DNA of 64,000 bases from the NCBI GenBank assembly GCA_030265395.1, contig JARFYF010000074.1, positions 99,595,235-99,659,234 of the forward strand, given 5' to 3'. Under the pieces are notes generated by a model. It was given only the letters and a program-made list of their open reading frames with translations, did no database searches and was not told where the DNA came from. Shown piece by piece: positions 12,376 to 26,344 of the stretch (position 1 is the first letter of the stretch; the number at the start of each line of letters is the position of its first letter). The translations under genes and the position numbers were made by a program. The stretch is from Rhina ancylostomus. Lineage: Eukaryota.

Positions 12376-13479
12376 NNNNNNNNNNNNNNNNNNNNNNNNN
12401 NNNNNNNNNNNNNNNNNNNNNNNNNNNNNNNNNNNNNNNNNNNNNNNNNNNNNNNNNNNNNNNNNNNNNNNNNNNNNNNNNNNNNNNNNNNNNNNNNNNN
12501 NNNNNNNNNNNNNNNNNNNNNNNNNNNNNNNNNNNNNNNNNNNNNNNNNNNNNNNNNNNNNNNNNNNNNNNNNNNNNNNNNNNNNNNNNNNNNNNNNNNN
12601 NNNNNNNNNNNNNNNNNNNNNNNNNNNNNNNNNNNNNNNNNNNNNAGATAAGCCATGATCCTATTGGTTGGCAGGAGAGGCACCCTTCTCCTACTACTAA
12701 TTTCACATGTTCCAGCTCTTTTACTGAAAACTTGTGTTCAGTCTTGGATTCTGTTGTGCCAACTTGGTTTTATGGTATTAAGAGTTATGAGTTAAACTAC
12801 CAAAGTCAATTAAAAATATCAACAAATCAGTCTATAGCAGAAAAAGGAACCATGTTTTTGTTTATTCACACCAACATATCTTCATGGGTATTCTCCAGGC
12901 AAGAACAAAAATATTGTTTTGTAAGGACAGGGGATAGATGCCAAACATGCTTAACTGGCCAGTCAAAACCTTTGAATGATTAGACATGCTCAAAACTATC
13001 CATTAAAATTTTTAAAGCTAAAACACACTTCTGGATCCAAAGAAACTAACCTCAATTAATTCAAATGCATACCGTATTTCCTTGCTGCAATTCTTCTCCA
13101 TTCAAAATGGACAGAGAACCTGCTTCTGGCAATTAGTCGGCCAGATTTAACCTGGTGCAGACTTTCAGTCCTATTCCCTTGCATAAATGCGAAAGGTGTT
13201 GTTACAACTTCATGCTCTGTTACAACTCTTTACAGCCAGCTAAACAATGTAATTGAGAAAAAGCTGGAAGTGTGACCAGCATAGACCAACACAGGTACTA
13301 TGCACTTGTTGGCCATTATAATACAATGTTTGACATTTAAAGGGCATCAGAAATGGCATGGTTTAGCAACACCTCTCTGTTAAAACACAGTTAAAAACAA
13401 CAGACAGAACATCTGATATGAACAAAGGCAGTTGATTTGTTGCCCCAGGTCCAGCCCATCATATAAATTGATCTCCACA

Positions 13480-15770
13480 AACATCTGGGGACTACACACT
13501 GGCTAAGCAATTCCCACAGTTTAATTGAGTCACATTCTCACATCACCATTTTACAGTCAAAGCCACGGATGAGTCCTTTACAATCCCTGACCACGCCCTC
13601 TCCCACCAGCTGGGCAGACTTGCCAGGGATGGCAGCACAGTAGCATACAGTCAGGAAAGAATGCCTTGGAAGTCCTCAGCATTAACTCCAGATGCAACAG
13701 GACAAACATAGACAATGAATCAGTATTCAAAGTGGAGGAAACTAGATCACAGCATGGGGGGGGGATTTCAATGTACACTGGCAAGAGTGGTTTGAGAGCA
13801 TGCAATCCAAACCCTGAAGGACAGAGCTGTTGGATTGTCTGCAGCATGTAAGGAGCAAACCAAGGGATAAAGCTATTTGATGTCCTCTTCAACAATATAT
13901 TTGTTACAGATGCAAATGTCTACTGTAGCATTGACAGGAGTGAACACCGGTGTTCATTGTGGAGACAAAGCCTCGTCGAAACCCCAACAACACCCTCTGT
14001 TCTAATGAAGCAACCTCATTGGTTTAAATTATATTGGCTCAGAACAGATATGGCAGCTCAGAATTGGGCACCCAGGAGATGCTATGGACCATTAGCAGAA
14101 GAATTGTACAAAAACAGAAAAATTTCAATGTGGCTAAGGAGTGCCTCCATCATTGTCAACCGGGCCACACACAAACACACATCAGATTCCTGCACCAAGC
14201 AGACTGCTCCAATTGTGACAGCAAGCATTATCCAAGAGAACAAAGGAAGTTTTCTGGGAACATCCTCAAAATGTCCCTGCATAACTGTATCCTCTATAAT
14301 TTGAAAAACCCTGGCATAAGACTACTCTAACTGGTGGAGTGTGTCCTGGAGGGCACCAGATACTTCTAGCCTCTCTGACAGGAGCATGTAGAGGCCATGC
14401 AAGCAACAGAAGAGCATGTAACAATCCAATCAACCCTTCTGTCTGTGTCAAACTCACTCAATTGTCCCAGCTCTGGCAGAATGTGACAGTACTCAACAGT
14501 CACCTCAGAACTGTAGTGGAAGCAAGTTATCCTCAATGTGCCTCAGAAGTGACTGATAGCCAGTGCAGACTCAAATGTGCTAAAAGGCCTATTTCAATGA
14601 TTCTATAATTCAAATGAGAATCAAGAGAAAATTCTTCTATTAGCTGCAAAAGATATTGTTTACAGCTTCCAGAGGTCAGGATACAGGCCCTCCACAGTTT
14701 ACGAATGGCCAACTTGTGCACAAAACCATACATATTAATGAGTATTTGGAGGACTTATGGCCCTGCAGAGCTGCAGGCATCTTCAGTCATGTGGGAATTC
14801 TGTTTGCTGCCACATTTTTGACTTGAAGACTGTTTGAGCTACAAACAGGTCACAGGAATGAAATCCTGCAGTAACCTGGGAGAACCTGTATTGTTGCAAT
14901 GTTCATCAGGGCAGTGTCTTGAGCTCAAATCAGCTTCAACTGCTGTATCAATGATGGTCCTCCCTTCAAGGTGAGAAGTAGGGAGTTTGTTCCAAAAGAA
15001 GAAATGGTTCACATCTGCATTTAGCAAGGCCTGGGCAACATTCAGACACAGGCTGATAAACAGCAAGTTACATACTCCCACACAGTCAATAACCATCTCC
15101 AACGTGGAAGCCCAACCACCTACATCTAATGACATCACCATTGCCTCGTCTCTCACCATCAACATTGGGGGATTCAACAAGAACCAAGAGTTAATTATAT
15201 CAACTACACCACCATGTGTAGGCCAGAGACTGGGTATCATACAGACAGTGACTCATCTTTTCACATAAAAAAGTCAGGAGAGTGATAGAACACTTTCTAC
15301 TTGCTTAGATGAGTGCAGCTTCAACACACAAGCTTACTCCATTAAAATAAAAAAAATACCACTTGATTGGCACACATCTACCACTCTGAGTATTCACGCT
15401 GTCCACTATCAATGTACCATGGCTGTGATATGCATTATAGCTACTCACCAAAGTGCACTGTGGCAACTCAGTGTTTTTTTTTTGAGTAGGACCTCCCAAG
15501 CTGTGATCCAACCCTCTACACCAACAAGAATGACAGCCACACAAGGACACCACCATCAGCAAGTCCCTCTCAAAGTTGCACATCACCCTGACTGCTCCTT
15601 TAATGTCATGGAATCCAAATCCTAGAACTCCCAACCCAATAGCATTTTTTGGAAGTACCTTCACCAAAAAGACTGCAGCAGTTCAAGACAACAACTCAAC
15701 CCTACCTTAAGAATGGCCGATAAACATTGGTCTCACCAACAATGCCCACATCCCATAAGGAATTTTAAAA
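13480..15770 (+). mobile_element. Old, fragmented LINE of the CR1/L2 group
   Basis: WLRTDMAAQNWA..RCYGP motif. The 3' end gcagttcaag...aataaa...caatgcccacatccc recurs at about 20520-21130 (+), 25480-25650 (+) and 47100-47590 (-). Confidence 0.65.
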
Positions 15771-17239
15771 AAAACACACAATCTGAGTTTTCTAACTACA
15801 CTCATCAGTTTATAAGGACCTTTAGCTCTTCTCTTAATACCCAGAGTTTACCTTTTTTAAAAAAATCTTACTACTTTTAGTTACATGAGAACTGCAGTGA
15901 GAAATAGGAGCTACCCAGAGCACAAATTCCCAAGGACAATCATGCCAAAATAGTGACAGACAACTCTTAAAACAAATAAAAAAGGGGAAAAGGTACTCTT
16001 GGTTATTTTTACATGCAAACCAAGTACAGTTAAGAATTTAATGACAATTAAACAAGAAGCTAGTTAATATCCCTTGGCAATGAGTGACATAAGAGCTTCA
16101 ATTGTATTTCCCTTACAGTATCATTACTGACATCCAATCTTAATAATCAAGTCATTTACAAAACAGATAAATAGTCCATTTCAATGGAATGCATTAAACT
16201 AGGATCCCGAAATTGATCTTCAAAGCACAGGAATTCACTGAAGAACACAATGTACAAACTGCCCAAAGTGATCATCATGTAATTACTTTGGCTTTCTTTA
16301 AAAAAAATATGGATTTGATTTTGGCATCTCACTTACCTACTACACCCAAATACTTGGTCAAACCATGTTTATGATGAGTTCATTATCTCAAATTGGGTAG
16401 AAGAGGGTAATAGTAAAAGAAAAAAACTAGGTTTTCCTTGGGTAATCTCATGTTTCAGAAGAATGGAAATGTTGAATCAATTTGGACACTGGAATAAAAG
16501 TAAAAATTATGCTTTGGATTTATACCTAAAATTAAATGCTGAGTGTAGCTGTAATATTTTAATATATTTCCAAATATGTCCAAATGAGAAATTTAATGGA
16601 AAACTAATAGCTATGACTGAGCAGGACTAAACTAAGGTAGAGCAGAACAGACCATATAATGGTCAAACCCCAAAAACGGTCTCTTATTATTACCTTGTTA
16701 TTCCTCTCTAGCACTAATTTATTTTTTGGTAACCTATAGTAGTAATTTTTGTCTTGCACTGTACTGCTGCTTCAAAACAACAAATTTCATGACTTATGTC
16801 AGTGATAATCAACCCGATTTTGACTTAACAAGAGACTAAAACAGAGCACAATTTGTCCAAAACACTGCCAGAGATTAAAATTACTGGGAGTCTCTTGGCT
16901 CCATCTATTGGCCATTTGTATCTAGAGATACCGGTTTCCTAACGCTGAGCCCAAATTACCTGCAAACAAATTAAATAAATTAGACAAACTAAAGCCATTT
17001 CTTTCTAAATAGTTTAGAATATGGAGGGCAGATTCTCATTCAGCCGTACAATATCCTTATAGGGATTTACAGGGTTGATAGTGAGAGGTTTTGGAAGCAA
17101 GGGCCATATTCAAAGTCACTTAGTCTAATGAGAAATTTTCTCACTCACAGACAAATTGCACATTTTTGCAATTCTCTGCTTCTTTAAATTGTGGATGTAG
17201 TTTTTCAAAGCTGCAAAAATCCTCAAAATTCATTGGTAG

Positions 17240-17730
17240 GTTAAGCGAATATAAGCATCCTCTCCCAAGCCAACATCCTCAATGAGGATCAATTACACTC
17301 ATCAACTCTGATGGGAAGGCCATGTAATTGCCAAGCCTAACACCAGATTTTTAAAAAATACCCTCTATTCTAAGCTCTGTCACATCAAGAAATTACCCAA
17401 TGAGCAAAAGAAAATATTTAAGTGTGTCCTCAAAGTGTTGGAGAAAATTAAGAGCAACATCCCCACTGATTCATGGAAATTCCTGGCCCATGACAGCACA
17501 AAAATAGAGGCACATTCAAGATAACATTGAGAACAGAGTCCATTCATCAGGAGAGCACAGAAAAGGCCAACATAGTTAGTGAAAGGAGTGCACAACCTCC
17601 CAAGCTGTTCAACTGTCATGTATCTTTCATCTCACTTCTGACACAATCTATGGGTCCCACAGCAGCTTCATCAGCCACCTCAGAATGCACAGAATGGAGT
17701 GCAAGTAAGTCATCCTCAGAGAAGAAGGAA
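17240..17730 (+). mobile_element. RTE-type LINE 3' remnant
   Basis: QKKIFKCVLK..EKIKSNIPTDSWKFLAHD resembles the RTE C-terminus. Confidence 0.6.
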
Positions 17731-20519
17731 AAGAGAAAGAAACAAAAACAATGATATCTAAGACTGAGATGGTTAGATTTTTGGGCAGAAGAGGATCAAG
17801 GGATATGGGGATTTCATAGTAAATTGGGCAACAAAGTATCATTGTGATCAGATTTATTCATAGGACAAGCTCATATGGGCCAGTTACTCTTCTATTCTTT
17901 AGGCTCTTTCACCATTTTACAGAACCTTTACAACCATATTTAATGAATGGATCTGCCCTCCACCACAAGTTCACTACTTCGTCTAAGTTTAAAACTTTTA
18001 GCAGCTTGTAAAGTACTTTTTATACATAACAACTACAGTAAATAGAAATACATAATTATCACTGGAACAGTGATTTAAAATCCATGTTCTAGATTGAGAA
18101 TCTAAGTAAACTTTAGCATCACTGCTACAGAGTTACAAGTAGCACCAATTTTCTAGTTGCTGTATTTTGACGAAAGTGTTTAACCATCTTTTAAAAAAAA
18201 GCTAGAGATAATACAACAGGCTCACAGCAATACCAACAAATTTTTTTGGAATAATTTACCTATGGATCTCTTTTTTGGATTTCCCACATGCACATTTTTC
18301 TTAATTCCAATTATTTTCTTGAATTTTCTTTAATGTTGTTACTTTTATTCTGATTTCTTTCTCTTGTTACTTTTATTCTCTCACTTTAAAGTCAGTTTTC
18401 TTTCAATTATTTTGTGTCATTGAATATAGATTTGGTATAATGCCAACCAGAAGTATTAAATATGTGCTACAATAGAATCCATACAAGCCATTGTGTTGGT
18501 CCCATTGACTAAATTTATTGGGGAACAAAATACCAACAGACTGTCCTAATTATAAATGAAAAAGAACCCCAGACATCATTAACTATTTTGATAAATCTAT
18601 ATTTGATCTGCAAAGGAGGTAAGAATTTCAATAATGACTGAACAAGTTAGTTAACATTTCTCAGGCACTTTTGATGTGGGAGAAACTACATCTCAAATTT
18701 ATTCCTTAACTATTTCTAATACTTTTAATGTGATTGAAAATGCTTATCCTTTTCACAATTCCATTATGTGCATGCAGCCATTTAGATTCTTCACTTTACA
18801 ATGGATCTGAAGAACCCCTCAAGATAGCAAATCAATGTGGACTTCAATCCTACATGCTTTCCAAATCTAACATTTACCACCAAATTAAGTGAAAACCTCA
18901 GCATTCCCTGTATGTGTGACTTGCAATGTTTCTAACTTGAGCCCGAAAAAAAAACTGGGCAAAATCCAAAGTCAAAATATCAAACCAGTGTCACTGTAAA
19001 AACTGTGATACCACCTCAATTTGGCAGGGACTAGCAGTGTGTGCTGATGGCCCTGAAGAGCAGAGGAGAGAGGAAGGGAAGTGAAGGACCAGGGTATTCA
19101 GAATCAAACATTGCCATTCTATAGCGAGCTTCTGCCTGCAATATTCTAATCAGCACACTTGAAAGCTTTACAGTGGAGCTCTGTGAAAGACTTCTTTAAA
19201 ACTAGTTTAAGTTCAGGTAGAGAAGGGGAATGGTGTTTACTTGTGACATTTTGAGATTTCTTACCATAATCCAAAAGAGGAGAAAGTGAGGACAACAATG
19301 AATTTTTAAGCAGGATCTGGCTCTTTTAAGCAACTCTCCTTACATCACATCCACACAAAAAAAGTACATATAGTCCAGAAAGGCTGCTGTAATGTTTTTT
19401 TTAAACAGAGAGTTTGAGAAGCAGCGTCATAGAGTAATACAGCACAGAGACAGGCCCTNNNNNNNNNNNNNNNNNNNNNNNNNNNNNNNNNNNNNNNNNN
19501 NNNNNNNNNNNNNNNNNNNNNNNNNNNNNNNNNNNNNNNNNNNNNNNNNNNNNNNNNNAGAGTTTGAGAAGCAGCGTCATAGAGTAATACAGCACAGAGA
19601 CAGGCCCTTCGGCCCAACTCATCCATACCAAGCAGTACTGCATTTGTTGTGACAAATAGGTTAAGGATCTTTAAAGATACATTGGCACAATAAACAGAAT
19701 ATTGCATTGTGTTTGAATTTTATTGGTGGAGAATACTCATCAGATAGCAAGTTGCAAATCATAGGCATCTCTAAGTAGCCATTAAAAGTAACATGCATTT
19801 CCTTAGCTATCATAGATAATAATAACCACAAAGAGCACTGCAATCATTCTAAGTTGTCAAATGAGGTTTAATTAAAAAACCAGGTCATGTTACAAACCCC
19901 ATTTGACCCATGGTTTGGCAAGACATATTAAACTCATGAACCAACTCTAGCACTCAAAATAACTGGACCTATGAATATCTATCTGTTGCTTTTAGCAGGA
20001 GTTACAATTTACAATCTTGGTATTTGACTGAGTTGAGGTTCCATTTTCATATATTCTACATCCCCAAGATGTCTATTTCCATCACCTCACCAACTTTCAG
20101 CTTTGTTTCCTTTAAATTCAACTATCCTATTACATTCATGGCCACCTCCCTTCCAGATTCTAAAAACTCTGCTAGTCTTACATTAACTTGCATCTCTGTT
20201 ATACCCTTCATCCTATACTCTCCTGGTGACACTGGTGTTAACTTCAATAAGTTATTTTTGCTTTAACTTCTTCCACAACCTGCTGACACAAAATGTTTTC
20301 TTTTTCCAGCCACAGCATTCTATTTTCTTTGATGAGTGGTTAGCAGCTTTGCCTTTATCTAACTGTCTACCCTTCCACAATCTCCGTTCTCCTACAGTTG
20401 TGTCTTCTTGTGCATCTCCAATTTTCATCTACTTCACTATTTGTTTCTTTTCACCATCAGAAGATGCTGTTAGCAGTGGTATTAAGTGGCACGTACACAC
20501 CAATTAGGGTTTCACTAGG

Positions 20520-21130
20520 AACCCTCAGCTCCAGATCTCATCACTGCCTTAATCTAAGCATTGACCAAAAGAGATGAACTCCAGAGGCAAGGTGATAAAG
20601 ATTTTGTTTGACGTTAAGGCATTGAGTTGTTTTGGTAAAGTCAATGGATATCAAGAGAAAAATAAATACTGATGGTTGATCACAACTTTAACAGATGGCT
20701 GGAGTTGTTGGATGCCAGTTATCCCAGCACATGGGCATCACTGTAGAAGGTGATCAGGGCAATGCCCTTGGCCCATCAATCTTCTGCTGCTTTGTTGATC
20801 ACCTTCCTTCCATCATTAGGTCAGAAGGTCCAGACAATGATCGTCCCCAATGTGAAAATGTAACCACCTACCCATGGCAATCAATAAGGTATTATCATTG
20901 TTGTGTCTGTCACCATCAAAATTCTGGGACTTGCCATTCATCAGAAATTCAACCAGATCAGCCATATAAATGCTACGACTACAACAGACAATTAGGCTGT
21001 GTAACACCACGTGTTCTTGGGAGCACCACTGTACTTCATGAAGGAGGCTTACCACCACCTTCTCAAGGGTAATTAAGGATAGGCAATAAAGTCAGCCTTG
21101 CCAGCAATGCCCATGTACAAAAACCAAACA
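20520..21130 (+). mobile_element. Old LINE fragment of the same family as 13480-15770
   Basis: LGPSIFCCFVDHLPSIIRSE RT remnant and the shared 3' end accaccaccttctcaagggtaattaaggataggcaataaa. Confidence 0.7.
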
Positions 21131-21533
21131 AAAAATTGTCTTGTCATTACATCCTAGGACTCATCCTTTTTAAGACTCTCCTCAAAACTGATCCATCTGT
21201 GTTAATATTCTCATCCAGCCTGATGTTAAGTTTTGCTTAACACTCCTGTAAACAGACTTGGAACATTTTACTATGTTAAAATGCTATGTAAATACAAAGA
21301 GTTTATATTGTGTTGTTTACAGCAAATAGACTATCATTATCATATTTCTTTCATGATAAATTCAGCTCACTGGTTCATAAGTAGCAGGTGACAGTTAATG
21401 TATTTGAAGAATACATCCTGTAACAGGACAGGTAAAAAGGATTTTGGTTGCAGGCTGGTGCTGAATCTGCTGTAACTTCCATGCATAAAGTCAAGAAAAT
21501 TTTTATTTTTTCTTTCTATATGATAAATTACTA

Positions 21534-21734
<201 letters not shown>

Positions 21735-22044
21735 CTATGATGTCTTCAGCCTTCAAAACCACGTTAGAATCTAACTGAAAGAAAGATACACAATTATTAT
21801 TGTTTTTCCAGACAGCTCTCTACCCCATTTCAATGTTGAACTGAACAATAATCAGACAATGAATGTTGGATTGCTCCAATCTCTAGGAGTTAAATTACCC
21901 CAATTCGAGGCCACAACACACACATTTTCACTCTTAATAGTGCACCATACGTTAATGCTAAAACACAAAGTGCATCATAAACTGGATTTTTTTTGGGATG
22001 ACATTCAATATTCATAAATGACGCAAACAGCCAAATTCATGAAA

Positions 22045-22220
22045 ATCAAATAACTGCAGATGTTAGAAACTTGAAACAAAAACAGAAAAATGCATAAACA
22101 CTCATCAGGTTAGGCAGCATCTGTGGAAAGAGAAATGGAATTGAAGTCTGACTTGAAATGTTAACCTTTTCTCTTTTCACAAATTCATCCTAATCTGCTG
22201 GGTGTTTTCAATATTTTCTG
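22045..22220. mobile_element. Fold-back pLTR-derived element (diverged)
   Basis: ctgcagatgttagaaac...caggttaggcagcatctgtggaaagaga / tctcttttcacaaat...ctgctgggtgttttc. Confidence 0.65.
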
Positions 22221-22364
22221 TAACTAGATACAGGCTTCACCTTGATGCCTACCATTAGTGAAGAGAAGAAGAAGTTAGAGACAATAAAGTTTGGCAGCAA
22301 TGTAAAATGACAAACAAGTATTGTGTTTTACTAACAATGTCTACTCTGATCCTCGGATGTGAGA

Positions 22365-23110
22365 ATCAGGTTTATTATCACTGACATATCATGAAATTTG
22401 TGGCAGTAGTATAGTGCATGACATAAAGACATAAAAATTACTAGAAGTTACAAAAATAAATATAGTGCAAAAGAATAACAACGAGGTAGTGCTCATGGGT
22501 TCACACACTGTTCAGAAATCTGATGGTGGAAGGGAAGAAACTGTTCCTGAAACATTGAGTGTGGGTCTTCAGACTCCTGCACCTCCTCCCCGATGTTAGT
22601 AATGTGAAGAAGGCATGTCCCAGGTAGTGAGGGTCCTTAATGATGCACTGAGCCACTGCCTCTTGAAGATGTCCTTGATAGTGGGAAGGGTTGTGCCTGT
22701 GATGGAGCTGGTTGAGTATACAACCCTCTGTAGTCTTTGGTGACATACCAAATCTCCTCAAACTCCTAATGAAGTAGAGCCACTGACATGCCTTCTTCAT
22801 GACTACATCAATGTGTTGGGGCCAATATAGATCCTCTGAGATGGTGACACCCAGGAACTCAAAGCTGCTCACCCTTTCCACCACTGACCCCTCAATGAAG
22901 AGTGGTGTGTGTTCTCCCGACTTCCCCGTCCTGAAGTCCACAATCAATTCTTTGGTCTTGCTAACATTGAGTGCGAGGTTATTGTTTGAACAGCACTCAA
23001 CCAGCAGATCTATCTCACTCCTGTATGCCTCCTCATTGCCATCTGAGTTTCTGCCAACAACAGTGGTGTCATCAGCGAATTTATAGATTGCATTTTGAGT
23101 TGTGCCTAGC
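22365..23110 (-). mobile_element. Rex1/Babar-type LINE, 3' part
   Basis: RT YKFADDTTVVG, MIVDFR, VERVSSFEFLGVTISEDL, SGRRCRSLKT...FRNSFFPSTIRFLN, followed by a 3'UTR ending in aataaacc. Confidence 0.9.
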
Positions 23111-24539
23111 CTAGCTGTGTCATCTCATTGCTGAAAATAACAATGGTCAGTCTGACACAATGAGAATTCTGTGCATTGTCAGAAAGGAAATGACAATCTT
23201 TTTCCTGTTCTTCACTTTGCTTTTTGCAAATTAAGCAAATATTCATATTTAAATAAGTTCCACAACAATTCATAGATATTGAAGCAAACAAAAGCACTAA
23301 TTATTATTATACCATTCCAAATAAGAAAGTCTAATGTTTCAAACACTTCGATTCCTTATGCTTATATACAAGCAGCATTATTGAGATAATGTTGCCTATA
23401 TTGTATGAACAGCTCCAGGCAGGGAAATATTTGTATTGGTTTATTATTGTCACTTGTACCGAGGTAGTGAAAAACTTATATACTGATCATNNNNNNNNNN
23501 NNNNNNNNNNNNNNNNNNNNNNNNNNNNNNNNNNNNNNNNNNNNNNNNNNNNNNNNNNNNNNNNNNNNNNNNNNNNNNNNNNNNNNNNNNTTGGTGAATA
23601 CTGAAGAGAAGTATTCATTGAGGACCTCACCCACTTCCATAGCTTCCAGGCACATCTTCCCACCTTTATCTCTAATTGGACCTCCCTTTACTCTCGTATA
23701 TTAATAGCTATCAAGTAGATAAAGGATGATCTCAAATGTTAAATGTATGATAAAGGATTATATCAAACATTAACCAAAATAATATGTTGATAAGAATGAG
23801 GCTGTCAGTGAGCCATGGACTGATTGCTATTTTGATGCAAAGGGTCTGTGACACCAATGAAGTACTAAGCCCTTCACTGCTGTTTTCAAAGTAGCTAGTT
23901 TGCATATTCTGAAACAAGATGAACGTATGAATGTGGGACAAACAGTACTGTCAAAACTGTCTGTAAATGATAAGGCTTAATTTCATTTGTATGCTATATG
24001 GAGTCAGTTTCCTAACCTTCAACTGTGCAAACCCCTCTGTATTTGTCTGAGCTATGTTCCTCCAGTAAAGTTGTGCAGGCATTACAGATCAATGTCACTG
24101 ATAAAGTACAACAGCAGAAAATTACGTTTACCAGGGGTTGAGACCTGGAGGTATTCTAAAGTTCATGAGCATCATATTGATTTAAATGGACTTTATTTGC
24201 TGATGAATCAAATTAATGTGGGCAGCCCTTCAATAACCATTTATAAAACTCTTCTGTTTCAAATACAAAATGACTATGTAATGGTACAGAGTGGTAGTTC
24301 AGTTACCTTTAGAATGGTCTCTGCCCTGTGTTACTAAGAGCCAAATAGCTGTTCAGTCAGTTTGTCCTCCTCTGCATACCTATCCATACATTCACCTCAT
24401 ATTTCAGTAATCCATTAAAAGCTACATAAATCTTATCAGCTGGCCTCCTGATACATGTCAGAGGAAATCCATAGCTTTTCTGCTGTTATGTAAATCTCTA
24501 AGTTGTTATCTCTATCATCTCATTTTATGTTACTGCTTT

Positions 24540-25470
24540 CCTTCCAGAGTTGACTTAACTCCGGCTTATACGCTATAGTGCAAACGATTTACATAAGATC
24601 ATTTGTCTGGGGGAAAAAACTCACCTCTGGAGTCTCCAACTGAAGTCTTCATCTTAAAGTGACTCTAGTTTTGACAGTGTAAGTGTAAGGTGAGAACAGC
24701 ATTAGAGTCTACCTTCCATTTTCTCTTGTTACTCCAAACAATAGAGGCCATTCAGGGGATGGCGTGAAGGTACCCCACTGCTGTTCATTTTGTGTGCTTG
24801 GCCAACCAAATTCCAGGATTTGACCCTTACCTAATCATTGAGCCAGTACACTGTTTAAAGAAAAGAAGTAGCAAGCTTCCATCAATGACCTGTCACCTCT
24901 GTGCTAATCAACCTACACTTGGTTGAGGTTCAGTAATGCCTCATGTTTAAAATTCCACTGTATATATTCAGATCTCCCCATGATTGAACTATAATTCTCC
25001 CCATAGCTTAAAAGTGGTCAGAAGTAACTTTGATTTTCAAAACTCCCATGAAAATTATATTGACACACTCAAATAGGGTGTTCAACCTTACTGGGATCTA
25101 TAAAAAAGCCCTGAAAGGAGCAAAATTTCTGTCCACCTACTGCAAGGAAAATGATTGGCTTTAGACTGTATTCTTAAGCCTCATGTTCCTTGTTCTGGCC
25201 GCAGAAGGTGGTACATGTTGCTATGCCAGGTGAAATGTATTATATAACCTCCAGAGTCCATCTTATCCTCAGCAACAGAGACCAGCTGTACCAAGTGTCT
25301 TCACTATTTGGTTAGTTCTCTAGCAGTTAAATTAATATCTAACTTCACCATCAGTAGCCCATGTTACCCATGGGACAGGATGCTGTGTCCAATTCTTTCC
25401 ATGCCCCCTCCTCTCCCTATGACCTTTGGGAGGAAAATAGAGATCATGGGAACACATCCTCTTTGCAAAA
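24540..25470 (+). mobile_element. Second, more decayed ERV env remnant (TM immunosuppressive domain)
   Basis: 25155-25250 reads ALDCIL...LAAEGGTC..GEMYYI across frameshifts, matching ALDYLLAAEGGxC..CCxYI of gamma-type TM. The extent of the flanks is uncertain. Confidence 0.5.
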
Positions 25471-26070
25471 AGGTTTCCCTATTCCTTCCTTGTCATTCAT
25501 TTGTTATTGGAACTCTCTTATTGCAGGGAAGTCCACAAGATAGGGACTGCAGTAGTTCAAGAAGGCAGCTAACCACAGATCTCTCTGATTGGCAGCATGA
25601 TCACCTACTTGTACTATGCATTCATGGAAAACTCATGATTTCTCCATGAGATAAATGCTATGCTGTGGTACTTCACTTCATCATGCCATTGAGCACATAT
25701 CGGAAAGTCTCTGCCCTAACCTTTTTTCTTTGCTTTCTTTTATACTCTCTTTATTAACTAAGATATTATTGGACTTTGCTTTTTCTATATTTTATTGTAT
25801 GGTTATCTAAGATTTGAGTGATAACTAGACCTCTTTGTAAGATATGTACAAACTTTGATGCCATATACCATGTACTGATTTGAAACCATTAAAAAAGATC
25901 GAAAAAGAATGTAAAAATATACATGGTTTCCCAAAATGTACTGCAAAACATTTAGTATATAGTTTTTAAAGATCCAGAGCACACCAAGTGATAAAAACCT
26001 ACTTTTGCATTATACACTCTATGGGCTAATACTCAACTTACTGTATCTTTATAATACTGTAGCTCAGACC

Positions 26071-26344
26071 CGGCTAGCATAACGCTATTACAGTGCCAGC
26101 AACCCGGGTTCAATTCCGGCCGCTGTAAGGAGTTTGTATGTTCTCCCCGTGTTTGCAAGGGTTTCCTCCAGGTGCTCCAGTTTCCTCCCACATTTCAAAA
26201 GACGAACGGGTTAGGAAGTTGTGGGCATGCTATGTTGGTGCTGGAAGCATGGTAACACTTGCAGGCTGCCCCCAGAACACCCTATGCAAAAGATGCATTT
26301 CACCGTGGGTTTTGATGTACATGTGACTAATAAAGATATCTAAT
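26071..26344 (+). mobile_element. V-SINE, Rex1-type tail
   Basis: Same head and V-domain; tail gatgcatttcaccgtggg...gatgtacatgtgactaataaagatatc. Confidence 0.9.

Noticed and set aside
12143-12983. Long ORFs of 115-205 aa
   Set aside because: Their length comes from runs of N (X residues) and SINE sequence.
20020-20460. Purine-rich minus-strand stretch resembling a LINE ORF1 zinc knuckle
   Set aside because: Too decayed to assign, with no intact CCHC motif.
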